Origin: Acidobacteriota bacterium
Lineage (GTDB): Bacteria > Acidobacteriota > Thermoanaerobaculia > UBA5066 > Gp7-AA6
Direction of reading: 5' to 3'
Length of the DNA: 64,000 nucleotides
Assembly (NCBI GenBank): GCA_039933215.1
Contig: JBDTOO010000018.1
Span: 305 to 64,304 of the forward strand
The position numbers and the translations under genes are program-made. Shown here one piece after another: positions 52,023 through 61,410 of the stretch. How positions within the stretch are numbered: the first letter of the stretch is position 1; every line of letters begins with the position of its first letter. The notes under the pieces are model-generated. The model worked only from the letters and a program-made list of their open reading frames with translations, was not told the DNA's origin and made no database searches.

Positions 52023-52492
52023 AGCTCACGAGCGGACCCCATGCCGCGGAAATCGTGCTCGGGGCCGGTTCGGCCACGGTCGGTGACCGAACCGTTTCCT
52101 TCCGGGAGCGGGAGCGGGACGGGGAGATCGTCGGCATCGAGATCGCCGGCGAGACGGTTCCTGTTCGCGTCCTCCGGCAGGGCGATCGGGTCTCTGTCTG
52201 GTGCGCAGGCCGGACCTTCGAGATCGAGCGCACCGACGAGCGCCGCCGGCGCGGTCCCGATCACGCCGGCGGCCTGCTCGCGCCGATGCCGGGCCGGGTC
52301 CGCCGGGTGATGGTGGAGGCGGGAGACGTCGTGACGCGCGGCCAGATCCTTCTCGTCCTCGAGGCGATGAAAATGGAGCACGCCATTCGTTCCCCGCAGG
52401 ACGGAACGGTCGTCCGCCTGGGTTTCGCGGAGGGTGACCTGGTCGAGGCCGGAGCGCCCCTGGTCGAGATCGCGGCGGCCGCCGCCCCGTAG
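52019..52492 (+). CDS. Methylcrotonyl-CoA carboxylase alpha subunit, BT-like + biotinyl (BCCP) part, in a separate frame
   Basis: TTG 52019 overlaps the preceding stop (TTGA). Contains ...LLAPMPGRVRRVMVEAGDVVTRGQILLVLEAMKMEHAIRSPQDGTV, with the biotinyl-lysine motif EAMKM. Confidence 0.7.
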   Translation: MKLTSGPHAAEIVLGAGSATVGDRTVSFRERERDGEIVGIEIAGETVPVRVLRQGDRVSVWCAGRTFEIERTDERRRRGPDHAGGLLAPMPGRVRRVMVEAGDVVTRGQILLVLEAMKMEHAIRSPQDGTVVRLGFAEGDLVEAGAPLVEIAAAAAP

Positions 52493-52547
52493 CGTCCGCG
52501 ACGGGAACCGCCTTCTTCGGCGGCGCGGGCCGCGATACCCTCTCTCC

Positions 52548-53492
52548 ATGGAGCCGTGGGAGGAACATGCGATCCGGCGGCCGCACCTGCCCGCACGCGC
52601 GACGGTCTACGAGGTCGGCCCGCGAGATGGCCTGCAGAACGAGCCCGAGACGCTTTCGGTCGAGACTCGCGTCGAATTCGTGGACCTGTTGACGGCCTCC
52701 GGGCTGAAAGCGATCGAGGTCGGCTCCTTCGTCTCCCCGCGGGCGATCCCGCAGCTCGCCGATTCGGAGGAAGTCTTCCGGCGGATCCATCGGGCGAGCG
52801 GGGTCCGGTATCCGGCTCTCGTTCCGAACGAGAAGGGGCTCGAGCGAGCGGTCGCCGCGGGGGTCCGGGAGATCGCCGTCTTCACCGCGGCTTCGGAGAC
52901 CTTCAACCGGCACAACATCCACGCGGGAGTGGACGAGTCGATCGAGAGGTTCCGCCCCGTGGTCGCCCGGGCCCAGGAGGAGAAGATCCGCGTCCGCGGA
53001 TACGTTTCGACGGCGTTCGGATGTCCCTACGAAGGAGCGATCGAGCCGGACGCGGTCCGCGAGGTTGCGCACAAACTGCTGGATCTGGCGGTCGACGAGA
53101 TCTCGATCGGCGACACGATCGGGGTCGCGACGCCGGGCGGCGTCTACGACGTCATCGAGTCGCTCTACGATTCCGGCGTGTCCCGCGCGATTCTCGCGCT
53201 CCACTTTCACGACACGCGCGGCACCGCGCTCGCGAATGTGTACGCGGGGCTCGAGTGCGGCGTCGAGACGTACGACTCCTCCGCCGGCGGGCTCGGAGGG
53301 TGCCCCTACGCGCCGGGAGCGGCGGGCAATCTCGCCACCGAGGATCTCCTCTACATGCTGGACGGCCTCGGAATCGAAACGGGGGTTTCCCTGCCCGGGG
53401 TCGTCGCGGCCTCCAGGGCCCTCTCCGTCGCGCTCGGCCGGACGCCGCCCGGGCGCTATCTGAGCGCCGTCCGGGGTGAAGCGGCCTCCTGA
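52548..53492 (+). CDS. Hydroxymethylglutaryl-CoA lyase
   Basis: VYEVGPRDGLQNE, EVGSFVSP, HFHDTRGTALANV and GGLGGCPYAPGAAGN. Confidence 0.9.
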   Translation: MEPWEEHAIRRPHLPARATVYEVGPRDGLQNEPETLSVETRVEFVDLLTASGLKAIEVGSFVSPRAIPQLADSEEVFRRIHRASGVRYPALVPNEKGLERAVAAGVREIAVFTAASETFNRHNIHAGVDESIERFRPVVARAQEEKIRVRGYVSTAFGCPYEGAIEPDAVREVAHKLLDLAVDEISIGDTIGVATPGGVYDVIESLYDSGVSRAILALHFHDTRGTALANVYAGLECGVETYDSSAGGLGGCPYAPGAAGNLATEDLLYMLDGLGIETGVSLPGVVAASRALSVALGRTPPGRYLSAVRGEAAS

Positions 53493-53537
53493 TCCGCGCC
53501 TTTTCGCAGGGCCGGTCGCGCGACGGCTCCTTCTTCA

Positions 53538-53566
53538 TTGACAGACTCGCGCCTGACGTGTAAGTT
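53538..53566 (+). promoter_or_regulatory. Candidate sigma-70 promoter (TTGACA-17 nt-TAAGTT)
   Basis: A perfect -35 hexamer, a 17-nt spacer and a 4/6 -10 box, 24 nt upstream of ATG 53590. This is an unusually AT-rich patch for this genome. Confidence 0.5.
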
Positions 53567-53589
53567 TTTGAGTGAACGGCTCTTAATCC

Positions 53590-55089
53590 ATGGCAAAGAA
53601 AATTCTTCTGGCCGACGACAGCCTGACGATCCAGAAGGTCGTGGAGCTGACGTTTTCCGACAGCGATTACGAGCTCATTTGTGTTTCGAACGGGCAGCTC
53701 GCGCTCGACAGAGTTCTGGAGAGCCGCCCCGATCTCATCCTCGCCGACGTCGTCATGCCCGACAAGAACGGTTACGAGGTCTGCGAGGCGATCAAGGGCA
53801 ACCCGTCAACCGCCCGGATTCCCGTCGTTCTCCTGTCGGGCACTTTCGAGCCCTTCGACCGCGAACGGGCCGAGCGGATCGGCGCCGACGCCATCGTCTC
53901 GAAGCCGTTCGACTCGCACCAGCTCCTCGCGCAGGTGGATGCCCTCATCGCGCGGGCGCCCGCGGCCGCCGACCGGGAGCCGGAGCCCCGCGAGGCCGCC
54001 GCGCCGGCCGCCCAGCCGTTCCGCCCCTTCGCTCCCGCTGCGTCCGCTCCCGCTTCCCCGCCCTCTCCGCCCCCTGCGCCCGCCTCCGCCGACGAGGCGC
54101 CCTTCGACACGGGTTTCTCCTCGGAGGATTTCACCGCGTCCGTCCGCATGCCGCACGTCAAGACGGGAATGGATCCCTTCGAGGCGGAGTACGGCAGGGG
54201 GGACGTGGACTCCGCCATCGAGGCATTCGAGAAATCCCACCCGCGCTTCGGCCTCGGCTCCGGAATCGAAGAGCCGCCGGCGCCGCCCGCCCCCGCGCCC
54301 GACGAATCGGGGCGCGAGCCCCTCGCCCAGTGGCTCCGCGACGAGCCGGAACGGGCGCCGTTTGGCGACGGGCCGCTCGCGTCGGAGCGAACGGCTCCTC
54401 TCGCGCTATCCGACCCCTTCGACTCGGGCATGGCCGCGCCGCCGATCGCCGCGTCGACGATGGCGATCTCCCGCTCGGACTATCCGCCCACGCCGCCCGA
54501 CCAGTTGCCGACCATGGAGTTTCCTCTGTTGAAATTCGACCGCTCCGGCGCCGCGCGAAGCGGCGACGCCGGTGTGTCGTCTCCGCTCGCCTGGCCCGAC
54601 ACGCGCGAGACGGAGACCGGCTCGGAAGCCCCGGCCCCTCCTCCCGCGGCGCGGCACGTGGAGGAGATCTCGGCCTACGACGCGGAAGTGCTCTTCGACG
54701 TCGGCGCGCCGGACGAGCCGCATCCGATGCCCATGCCGGAGGCGGACAGGCCCGAAGCTCCCGCGGAGCCGGACTCGGATTCGGAGCCGATCCGCGCGAC
54801 GGAGCCCGCTTCTCTCTCGAGCGCGTCGATCGCCGATACGCCTTCGGCGGTCCCGGGCGACATCGAGATGCTCGCGCAGCGCTCGTCGATACCCGAACTG
54901 ACTCAGATGCTTTCGAGCGTCCGGGCCGGCGGCGACATGACGGACGAGCAGATCGAACGCCTGGCGACGCGAGTCGTGGAAAAACTCTCGGACCGCGTGG
55001 TGCGGGAGATCGCCTGGGAAGTGATTCCGGACATGGCCGAGATCGTCATCAAACAGCGGATCAAGGAGCTCGAGAGCGGCGTCGAGTGA
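53590..55089 (+). CDS. Response-regulator receiver protein with a long Pro/Ala-rich linker and a conserved C-terminal helical module
   Basis: KILLADDSLTIQKVVE...DLILADVVMPDKNGYEVC...VVLLSG...GADAIVSKPF (REC). About 300 aa of low complexity follow, then the C-terminus ...VVREIAWEVIPDMAEIVIKQRIKELE. Confidence 0.85.
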   Translation: MAKKILLADDSLTIQKVVELTFSDSDYELICVSNGQLALDRVLESRPDLILADVVMPDKNGYEVCEAIKGNPSTARIPVVLLSGTFEPFDRERAERIGADAIVSKPFDSHQLLAQVDALIARAPAAADREPEPREAAAPAAQPFRPFAPAASAPASPPSPPPAPASADEAPFDTGFSSEDFTASVRMPHVKTGMDPFEAEYGRGDVDSAIEAFEKSHPRFGLGSGIEEPPAPPAPAPDESGREPLAQWLRDEPERAPFGDGPLASERTAPLALSDPFDSGMAAPPIAASTMAISRSDYPPTPPDQLPTMEFPLLKFDRSGAARSGDAGVSSPLAWPDTRETETGSEAPAPPPAARHVEEISAYDAEVLFDVGAPDEPHPMPMPEADRPEAPAEPDSDSEPIRATEPASLSSASIADTPSAVPGDIEMLAQRSSIPELTQMLSSVRAGGDMTDEQIERLATRVVEKLSDRVVREIAWEVIPDMAEIVIKQRIKELESGVE

Positions 55090-55113
55090 GACGTCCCGCT
55101 CCGGGAACCCACA

Positions 55114-55140
55114 GGGCCCGCTTCGGCGGGCCCTTTCGCT
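55114..55140 (+). terminator. Rho-independent terminator
   Basis: GGGCCCGC-TTCG-GCGGGCCC followed by TTTCGCTT, 25 nt after the response-regulator stop. Confidence 0.7.
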
Positions 55141-55245
55141 TGGGTGCGGGCCGGAGCGGCCGCACGCCGCGCCATCCCGGCGGGCCGTGATCGGGTACAG
55201 TTCGGCCTCTAAAAACATGACCGACCATGGGAAAACTCTTTCTTG

Positions 55246-57900
55246 ATGCCTGAAAGCCCGGGGTCCGCGGCGGGCGAAGACTCGGGGCGCGGCCTCCCGA
55301 AAAACTTCGAGCCGGCGTCGTTCGAGGGGCGCTGGTACGCCGTCTGGGAGGCGGAAGGACGCTTTCAGCCCGAAGGCCCGCCGGGCTCCCCGCGCTTCGT
55401 GATGGTGATCCCGCCCCCGAACGTCACGGGCAAGCTCCATATCGGGCACGCCTACGGACGCACCGTCGAGGACATTCTCGCGCGGTGGAAGCGCATGTCC
55501 GGGCTCCGCGTGCTCTGGGTGCCGGGCACCGACCACGCGGGGATCGCCACCCAGATGGTCATGGAGCGCCAGCTCGCGAAACAGGGGATCGACCGGCGCG
55601 ATCTCGGGCGCGAGAAGTTCATCGAGCGCGTCTGGGCGTGGAAGGCGGAGGCGAAGGACACGATCCAGTCGCAGATGAAACGGCTCGGCTGCTCCCTCGA
55701 CTGGACGCGCGAACGATTCACCCTCGATTCGGATCTCTCGCGCGCGGTCCGGCACGCCTTCGTGCGCCTCTACGAGGAAGGGTTGATCTATCGCGGTCGG
55801 TACGTCGTCAACTGGTGCCCGCGCTGCGAAACCGCGGTCTCGGACCTGGAGGTCATCCACCGCGAGACCGAGGGCGCGCTCTACAAGATCCGGTACGACG
55901 TTACCGGCGTCGCCGGCGGAGCGATGGTCGCGACCACGCGTCCGGAGACCATGCTGGGCGATACCGCGCTCGCGATCCATCCGGACGATCCTCGGACTTC
56001 GCGCCTCAAGGGCCGGACCGCGATGCTGCCGATCGCCGGACGGGAGATCCCTGTGATCGAGGACGCGATACTCGTGAACCGGGAGTTCGGCACGGGGATC
56101 GTCAAGGTCACGCCCGCTCACGACGCGAACGACTTCGCGACGGGGCAGCGCCACGGCCTCCCCTCCGTGGTCGTGATCGGGCCGGACGGGAAGATGACCA
56201 CCGCGGCAGGCGAGTACGCGGGACTCGACCGGTTCGACGCCCGGAAGCAGATCGTCGCGCGGCTGACCGAAGAGAACCGCCTGACCTCCGAGCCCTACCG
56301 GAACTCGGTCGGTCATTGCCAGCGCTGTGACACCGTGATCGAGCCGTATCTCTCGACGCAGTGGTTCGTGAAGATCGCCCCGCTCGCCGAGCCGGCGATC
56401 CGCGCGGTGCGGACGGGCGACATCCGCTTCGTGCCCGAATCCTGGAGTAAGACGTACTTCTCGTGGATGGAGAACATCCACGACTGGTGCATCTCGCGCC
56501 AGCTGTGGTGGGGACATCGCATCCCCGCGTTCACTTGCCCGAACGGACACGTGACGGTGTCGGAGCAGGATCCGCCCTCGTGCCCGACCTGCGGCGCGGC
56601 GCCCCTCGAACAGGACCCGGACGTTCTCGACACGTGGTTCTCGTCGCAGCTCTGGCCGTTCTCGGTCTTCGGCTGGCCGGAGGAGACGCGCGATCTCGCC
56701 GACTTCTACCCGACGGACGTGCTGGTGACCGGCTACGACATCCTGTTCTTCTGGGTGGCACGGATGATCATGGCGGGGCTGCACTTCACGGGGCGGGCGC
56801 CTTTTTCGACGGTCCATCTTCACGGGCTTGTGCGGATCGGCGGCGAGAAGATGTCGAAGACCCGGGGGAACGTGATCGACCCGCTCGAAGCGATCTCCGA
56901 GTTCGGAGCCGATGCCGTGCGCTTCACCCTCGCGAGCGCTGCGTCATCGGGCGCGACGGTGTCCGTCGAGCGCAACCGCATGACGGGGTCCCGGGGATTC
57001 GCGACGAAGCTCTGGAATGCCGCCCGGTTCACGCTCGCTCAGCTCGACGGGGGGCCCGCGGCGGAGATCCTCGCCGGGCGGAGCCTCTCTCTCGCCGACC
57101 GATGGATCCTCTCCCGCCTCTCCGCGACGTCCACGGCGGTCAACGGGCACCTGGAGGAGTTCCGCTTCGACGAGGCCGCCGGCGCGATCTACGCCTTCGT
57201 CTGGCACGACCTCTGTGACGGCTACCTCGAGATGGTCAAGCCGGTCCTCCGGGACGCGGGCGATCGCGACCGCGAGACCGCCCGCGGGGTTCTGCGCCGG
57301 TGTCTCCTCGACTCGCTGGCCCTTCTTCATCCCTTCATGCCGTTCATTACCGAGGAGATCTGGGACAAGGCGACGGGCCGCCCGGGAACTCTCATCGTCG
57401 CGCCGTTCCCGAAGGGCGAGGCAGCGGCCGGCGACGCGGCAGCCGAGATGACGATCGGGGCGATGCGGGAGATCCTGACGCGCATCCGAAACTTCCGCGG
57501 GGAGCGCGGCGTGTCGCCGACGGAGCCCGTGGCGCTCTGGATCGCCCCGGACTCTCCGGACGAGCCCCTCGCGACGAGCCTGCGGGACGTCGAGCCTCTG
57601 CTCCGGCAGCTCGGGCGCGCGGCGTCCATCTCATTCGAAGCGCCGCCGGATTCCGCTGCGAAGGACGTAGTCGCCGGAGTCTCGATCGGCATGCAGGTCG
57701 AAAAGCCGGCCGCGGTGAAGAGCGCCGATCGCGTCGAGAAGGATCTGGCGGCCATCGACGACGAGATCACGGGACTCTCCGCCAAGCTCCGGAACCCGTC
57801 CTACGTCGAGAAGGCGCCGGCGGCGGTGGTCGAGAAGACGCGCCGGCGTCTCGTCGAGCTCGAGGAGCGGAGAGCCGCGCTCTCGGCGGACATGCCGTGA
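55246..57900 (+). CDS. valS: Valine--tRNA ligase
   Basis: PPPNVTGKLHIGHA (HIGH), KMSKTRGN (KMSKS), an editing domain and a C-terminal coiled coil. TTG 55243 is an alternative start. Confidence 0.93.
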   Translation: MPESPGSAAGEDSGRGLPKNFEPASFEGRWYAVWEAEGRFQPEGPPGSPRFVMVIPPPNVTGKLHIGHAYGRTVEDILARWKRMSGLRVLWVPGTDHAGIATQMVMERQLAKQGIDRRDLGREKFIERVWAWKAEAKDTIQSQMKRLGCSLDWTRERFTLDSDLSRAVRHAFVRLYEEGLIYRGRYVVNWCPRCETAVSDLEVIHRETEGALYKIRYDVTGVAGGAMVATTRPETMLGDTALAIHPDDPRTSRLKGRTAMLPIAGREIPVIEDAILVNREFGTGIVKVTPAHDANDFATGQRHGLPSVVVIGPDGKMTTAAGEYAGLDRFDARKQIVARLTEENRLTSEPYRNSVGHCQRCDTVIEPYLSTQWFVKIAPLAEPAIRAVRTGDIRFVPESWSKTYFSWMENIHDWCISRQLWWGHRIPAFTCPNGHVTVSEQDPPSCPTCGAAPLEQDPDVLDTWFSSQLWPFSVFGWPEETRDLADFYPTDVLVTGYDILFFWVARMIMAGLHFTGRAPFSTVHLHGLVRIGGEKMSKTRGNVIDPLEAISEFGADAVRFTLASAASSGATVSVERNRMTGSRGFATKLWNAARFTLAQLDGGPAAEILAGRSLSLADRWILSRLSATSTAVNGHLEEFRFDEAAGAIYAFVWHDLCDGYLEMVKPVLRDAGDRDRETARGVLRRCLLDSLALLHPFMPFITEEIWDKATGRPGTLIVAPFPKGEAAAGDAAAEMTIGAMREILTRIRNFRGERGVSPTEPVALWIAPDSPDEPLATSLRDVEPLLRQLGRAASISFEAPPDSAAKDVVAGVSIGMQVEKPAAVKSADRVEKDLAAIDDEITGLSAKLRNPSYVEKAPAAVVEKTRRRLVELEERRAALSADMP

Positions 57901-58670
57901 GCGTCTTTCCGGACGGGTCGATCGACCCGCGGCGCTGGAAGACGTTCGAGAACCTGGCGCTCTTCGGGAGCGTGAGCTCGTCGAACGACCTCGCGCGCGA
58001 GCTGATCGAGCTCTACTTCACGGAAGACCAGCCGTTGCCCTCGACCGTATTCGTCACGGAGGCCCAGACGGCGGCCCGCGGCCGCAAGGGCCAATGGGCC
58101 GCCCCGCGCGGCCGCGGCGTGTACCTGACCTTCGTGCGCAAGGCGCCTCCGGGGGAGCCCATATCGCTCGTGCCGATCGCCGTCGGGCGATGGGTGCGAG
58201 AGACCCTGGTCGAGGCCGCGGGCCTCGAGGCGTCCCTCAAGTGGCCGAATGACGTGTACGCCGGTGGCCGCAAGCTCGCGGGCATCCTCGCCGAGTCCCG
58301 TACGCAGGGCGAGGACACGTACGTGGCCGTCGGACTGGGCTTGAACGTCCTCGGCTCGTCCGACGCGCTCGGCGTCGAAGGGGCCACGACCGTCGAGCAG
58401 GAGACGGGACGCGCTCCGGATCTGGCCGCCCTCCTCCAGGCCCTGCTCGACCGGTTCGACCGCGAGCTCGCGAGCCCGGGCTGGGAGGAGGAGGTCGGAC
58501 GGTGGGAGCGGGTCGCTCTGCACCGTCCGGGCGACCGCCTGACCGTGCGCCGCGAGGGCGAGGAGCTGTCGGGCGAGTATCGCGGGCTCACCCGCGAAGG
58601 ATTCCTCCGCCTCGGCACCGCCGCGGGCGGCGAGACGGTCGTCGCGGTGGGCGAGCTCGCCCGATGGTAA
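57897..58670 (+). CDS. birA: Biotin--[acetyl-CoA-carboxylase] ligase (no N-terminal HTH)
   Basis: GTG overlaps the valS stop (GTGA). Contains ...TAARGRKGQWAAPRG.G...., LKWPNDVY..GRKLAGILAE and ..VGLGLNV. Confidence 0.85.
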   Translation: MSVFPDGSIDPRRWKTFENLALFGSVSSSNDLARELIELYFTEDQPLPSTVFVTEAQTAARGRKGQWAAPRGRGVYLTFVRKAPPGEPISLVPIAVGRWVRETLVEAAGLEASLKWPNDVYAGGRKLAGILAESRTQGEDTYVAVGLGLNVLGSSDALGVEGATTVEQETGRAPDLAALLQALLDRFDRELASPGWEEEVGRWERVALHRPGDRLTVRREGEELSGEYRGLTREGFLRLGTAAGGETVVAVGELARW

Positions 58671-59488
58671 CGCCCGCGCAATCGAAGAACCGCGGCGGGG
58701 CGGCGGAGGGTCGTCCTCTACGCCTCCTGGCGGTCGACGTCGGGAACACGAACACGGTCCTCGGTCTCTACGAAGGCGACGCGCTCTCCCGGCACTGGCG
58801 GCTGACGAGCCGGCGCGACGCCACGGCGGACGAGATCGCTCTGTCCGTCGAGGGACTCCTTCGGCTTCTGCCGGGCGGCGATCCGCCGGACGACGTCATC
58901 GTCGCCAGCGTGGTGCCTGCGCTGCGTTTCCCGATGCGCCAGGCATTCCGGCAGCTCTTCGATCGCGAGCCCATCTTCGTGGAGCCAGGGATCCGGACCG
59001 GCATGCCGATCCTCTACGAAGTGCCGTCGGAAGTCGGCGCGGACCGCATCGTCAACGCGGTCGCCGCTCATGCGCGCCTCGGCGGTCCGTGCATCGTCGT
59101 CGATTTCGGGACCGCGACGACGTTCGACGTGGTGACCGCGAAGGGCGAGTACGCCGGAGGGGTCATCGTCCCGGGCATCACGATCTCCGCGGAGGCACTC
59201 TTCGAAAAGGCCGCGCGCCTCTGGCGGGTCGAGATCCGCAAGCCCGACCGGGTCGTGGGCAAGACGACGGCGGCCTCCATCCAGTCCGGCCTCTACTTCG
59301 GATACCTCTCGCTCGTCGACGGCGTCATCGACCGGATCGTCCGTGAGACGGGTGGAACGCCTCGCGTCATCGCGACGGGCGGGCTCGCCGAGCTCTTCGC
59401 CGGCGCCTCCGAACGGATCCAGGATGTCGACCCTCTCCTCACGCTGACCGGGCTTCGGCTGATCTATGAGCGAAACCGGGGAGGATAG
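58664..59488 (+). CDS. coaX: Type III pantothenate kinase
   Basis: LLAVDVGNTNTVLGLYEG..., VDFGTATTFDV and ATGGLA. Confidence 0.9.
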   Translation: MVTPAQSKNRGGAAEGRPLRLLAVDVGNTNTVLGLYEGDALSRHWRLTSRRDATADEIALSVEGLLRLLPGGDPPDDVIVASVVPALRFPMRQAFRQLFDREPIFVEPGIRTGMPILYEVPSEVGADRIVNAVAAHARLGGPCIVVDFGTATTFDVVTAKGEYAGGVIVPGITISAEALFEKAARLWRVEIRKPDRVVGKTTAASIQSGLYFGYLSLVDGVIDRIVRETGGTPRVIATGGLAELFAGASERIQDVDPLLTLTGLRLIYERNRGG

Positions 59489-60128
59489 GGAGTACTTCGC
59501 GGCGGCGGAGGCGGCCTTCATCCGGCGGCGGGGAACCCCCTTTCTCCTTTCGCCCCGCGACTTCGAGTTTCTCCGCGAGTGGCGGGCGCTGGGCGTCCCC
59601 ATCGAGGCGGTAGAGCAGGGGATCGACGACGCCTTTTCGCGCCGCGAGGAGAGGGGAGCTCTGGGGCGCGTGAACTCGCTCGCGTACTGCCGCGACGCGG
59701 TGCTTCTTGCGTGGGAGCGCCGGTCGGAGGCTTCGATCGGCAAGGGCTCCGGCCGCGCGGAAACCGAGATCGAGGCGGCGGCGATCCTGGCGGCGCTCGA
59801 GGCGCGGCTCGAGGAGATCGCCTCCGCACGTCCGGAGCTCGCGGAGAGCCTGCAGTCGGCGCGGCGATCGCTGGCGCGGCTCGGGGGATCCTCCCGGGAC
59901 GCCGCGTCCGTCGAGGAATCGCTGGCGCGGCTCGACAAGCGTCTCGCCGGCGCGCTCTACGACGCCCTGGGCGAGGCGGACCGCGGCCGCATCGACGCCG
60001 AGGTCGTGGCCCAGCTCGCGCGCGCGCGCGTTCGCCTGGACGACGAGACGGCCGAAAAGACCGCCCGGGCGCTGCGCCGGCGCGCGGTCCGGGAAGCCGT
60101 CGGCTTGCCGCGGTTGACCCTGCTGTGA
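59466..60128 (+). CDS. Hypothetical protein
   Basis: 220-aa ORF with coding-like composition and a 23-nt overlap with coaX. No family recognised. Confidence 0.6.
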   Translation: MSETGEDREYFAAAEAAFIRRRGTPFLLSPRDFEFLREWRALGVPIEAVEQGIDDAFSRREERGALGRVNSLAYCRDAVLLAWERRSEASIGKGSGRAETEIEAAAILAALEARLEEIASARPELAESLQSARRSLARLGGSSRDAASVEESLARLDKRLAGALYDALGEADRGRIDAEVVAQLARARVRLDDETAEKTARALRRRAVREAVGLPRLTLL

Positions 60129-60138
60129 GCCGCCGCCC

Positions 60139-61410
60139 GTGACCATCCGCGCGACCGTCGAGAAGCTCGCCCCGACCGGGGAGGGGATCGTCAGGACAAG
60201 AGAGGGAGTAGGGCTCGTCGAAGGGGCCCTGCCGGGGGAAGACGTCGACGTGGAAATCGTACGCGTGTCGAGCAAGATCTGGCGGGGGAGGGTGTCGGCC
60301 GTCCATTCGGCGTCTCCAGCGCGGATCTCCGGCGGTCACGCCGGCGGATGTCCCGCCTGCGACTGGGCGCACTTCGAGCCGGCCGCGGCGGCGGCCGCGA
60401 AACGCGAGCTCTTCCTGGAGACGATGTCGCGGATCGGACGCCTCCCGGCGGAAGCGCTCGGCGAGCTTCCGATCGAGGCGTCTCCTCCCGGCTACCGCCT
60501 GCGGAGCCGGTTCCATGTCTCGGGTCGCGGCGCCGACACGGCCGTCGGCGGCTACGCGCCGCGCACCCATCACGTCGAGTCGCTCGCGGGGTGCGAGGCC
60601 CTGACGCCCGAGATGCGCGAGGAGCTGCCGCGCCTGGTCGAATCGATCCGATCGAGCGGGGCGGCCGTCACGGAGATCGCCACGCTCGAGTCGCTCGACG
60701 CCTCGCGGAGGCTCGCGCGCCTCCGAGCGGCTCCCGAGGAGCGGCCCGTCACGAAGCTCGCACGCGCTCTCGCCGCGCGATTCGAGGGCGTGCGCATCGA
60801 GGACTCCGCGGGGCGCGTCCTCCATCGTTCCGGAGAGCCCCGCCTCTGGCTGTCCGTGGGTGGGCGGGAGCTGCCGGCGACGCCCGACGCCTTCTTTCAG
60901 TCGAACCGCTTCCTGATCGGCGCGCTGGCCGGGTTCGTGACGGCGTCCGCGGCGGCGATCGCTCCCGGGCAGGCCCTCGACGCCTTCGGCGGGGTGGGAC
61001 TCTTCGCGGGCGCCCTCTTAGACGCCGGGCATCGCGTGGTGTCGGTCGAGAGCCACGCGACCGCCGCGGAGGAGGCGAAGCTCGCGCGGGTCCGCTGGCG
61101 CGAGGCGAAACGGTGGCGCATCGAGCGCGCCTCGGTGCTCGATTTCGCGGCATCCGACTCCGCCCGGGAAGCCCTCGTGGTCGTGGATCCTCCCCGCGCC
61201 GGACTGGGCGCCTCCCTGGCCCGGGCGCTCGCCGCGCGCGCGGAGTCGAGGTTGATCTACGTCTCCTGCGATCCGGCGACGCTCGCGCGCGACCTCGCCT
61301 GGATCCTCCCGGAGGGATGGCGCATCGCGGAGGCCCGGCTCTTCGATCTCTTCGCGCTCACGCATCGCGTCGAAGCCGTCGTCGTTCTCGATCGACCGGC
61401 CGCGGCGTGA
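60139..61410 (+). CDS. TRAM-domain class I SAM-dependent RNA (uracil-5) methyltransferase (RlmD/TrmA family)
   Basis: An N-terminal TRAM-like barrel (..[29 protein letters not shown]), then ...[10 protein letters not shown]...[13 protein letters not shown]... with the catalytic Cys. GTG start. Confidence 0.85.
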   Translation: MTIRATVEKLAPTGEGIVRTREGVGLVEGALPGEDVDVEIVRVSSKIWRGRVSAVHSASPARISGGHAGGCPACDWAHFEPAAAAAAKRELFLETMSRIGRLPAEALGELPIEASPPGYRLRSRFHVSGRGADTAVGGYAPRTHHVESLAGCEALTPEMREELPRLVESIRSSGAAVTEIATLESLDASRRLARLRAAPEERPVTKLARALAARFEGVRIEDSAGRVLHRSGEPRLWLSVGGRELPATPDAFFQSNRFLIGALAGFVTASAAAIAPGQALDAFGGVGLFAGALLDAGHRVVSVESHATAAEEAKLARVRWREAKRWRIERASVLDFAASDSAREALVVVDPPRAGLGASLARALAARAESRLIYVSCDPATLARDLAWILPEGWRIAEARLFDLFALTHRVEAVVVLDRPAAA

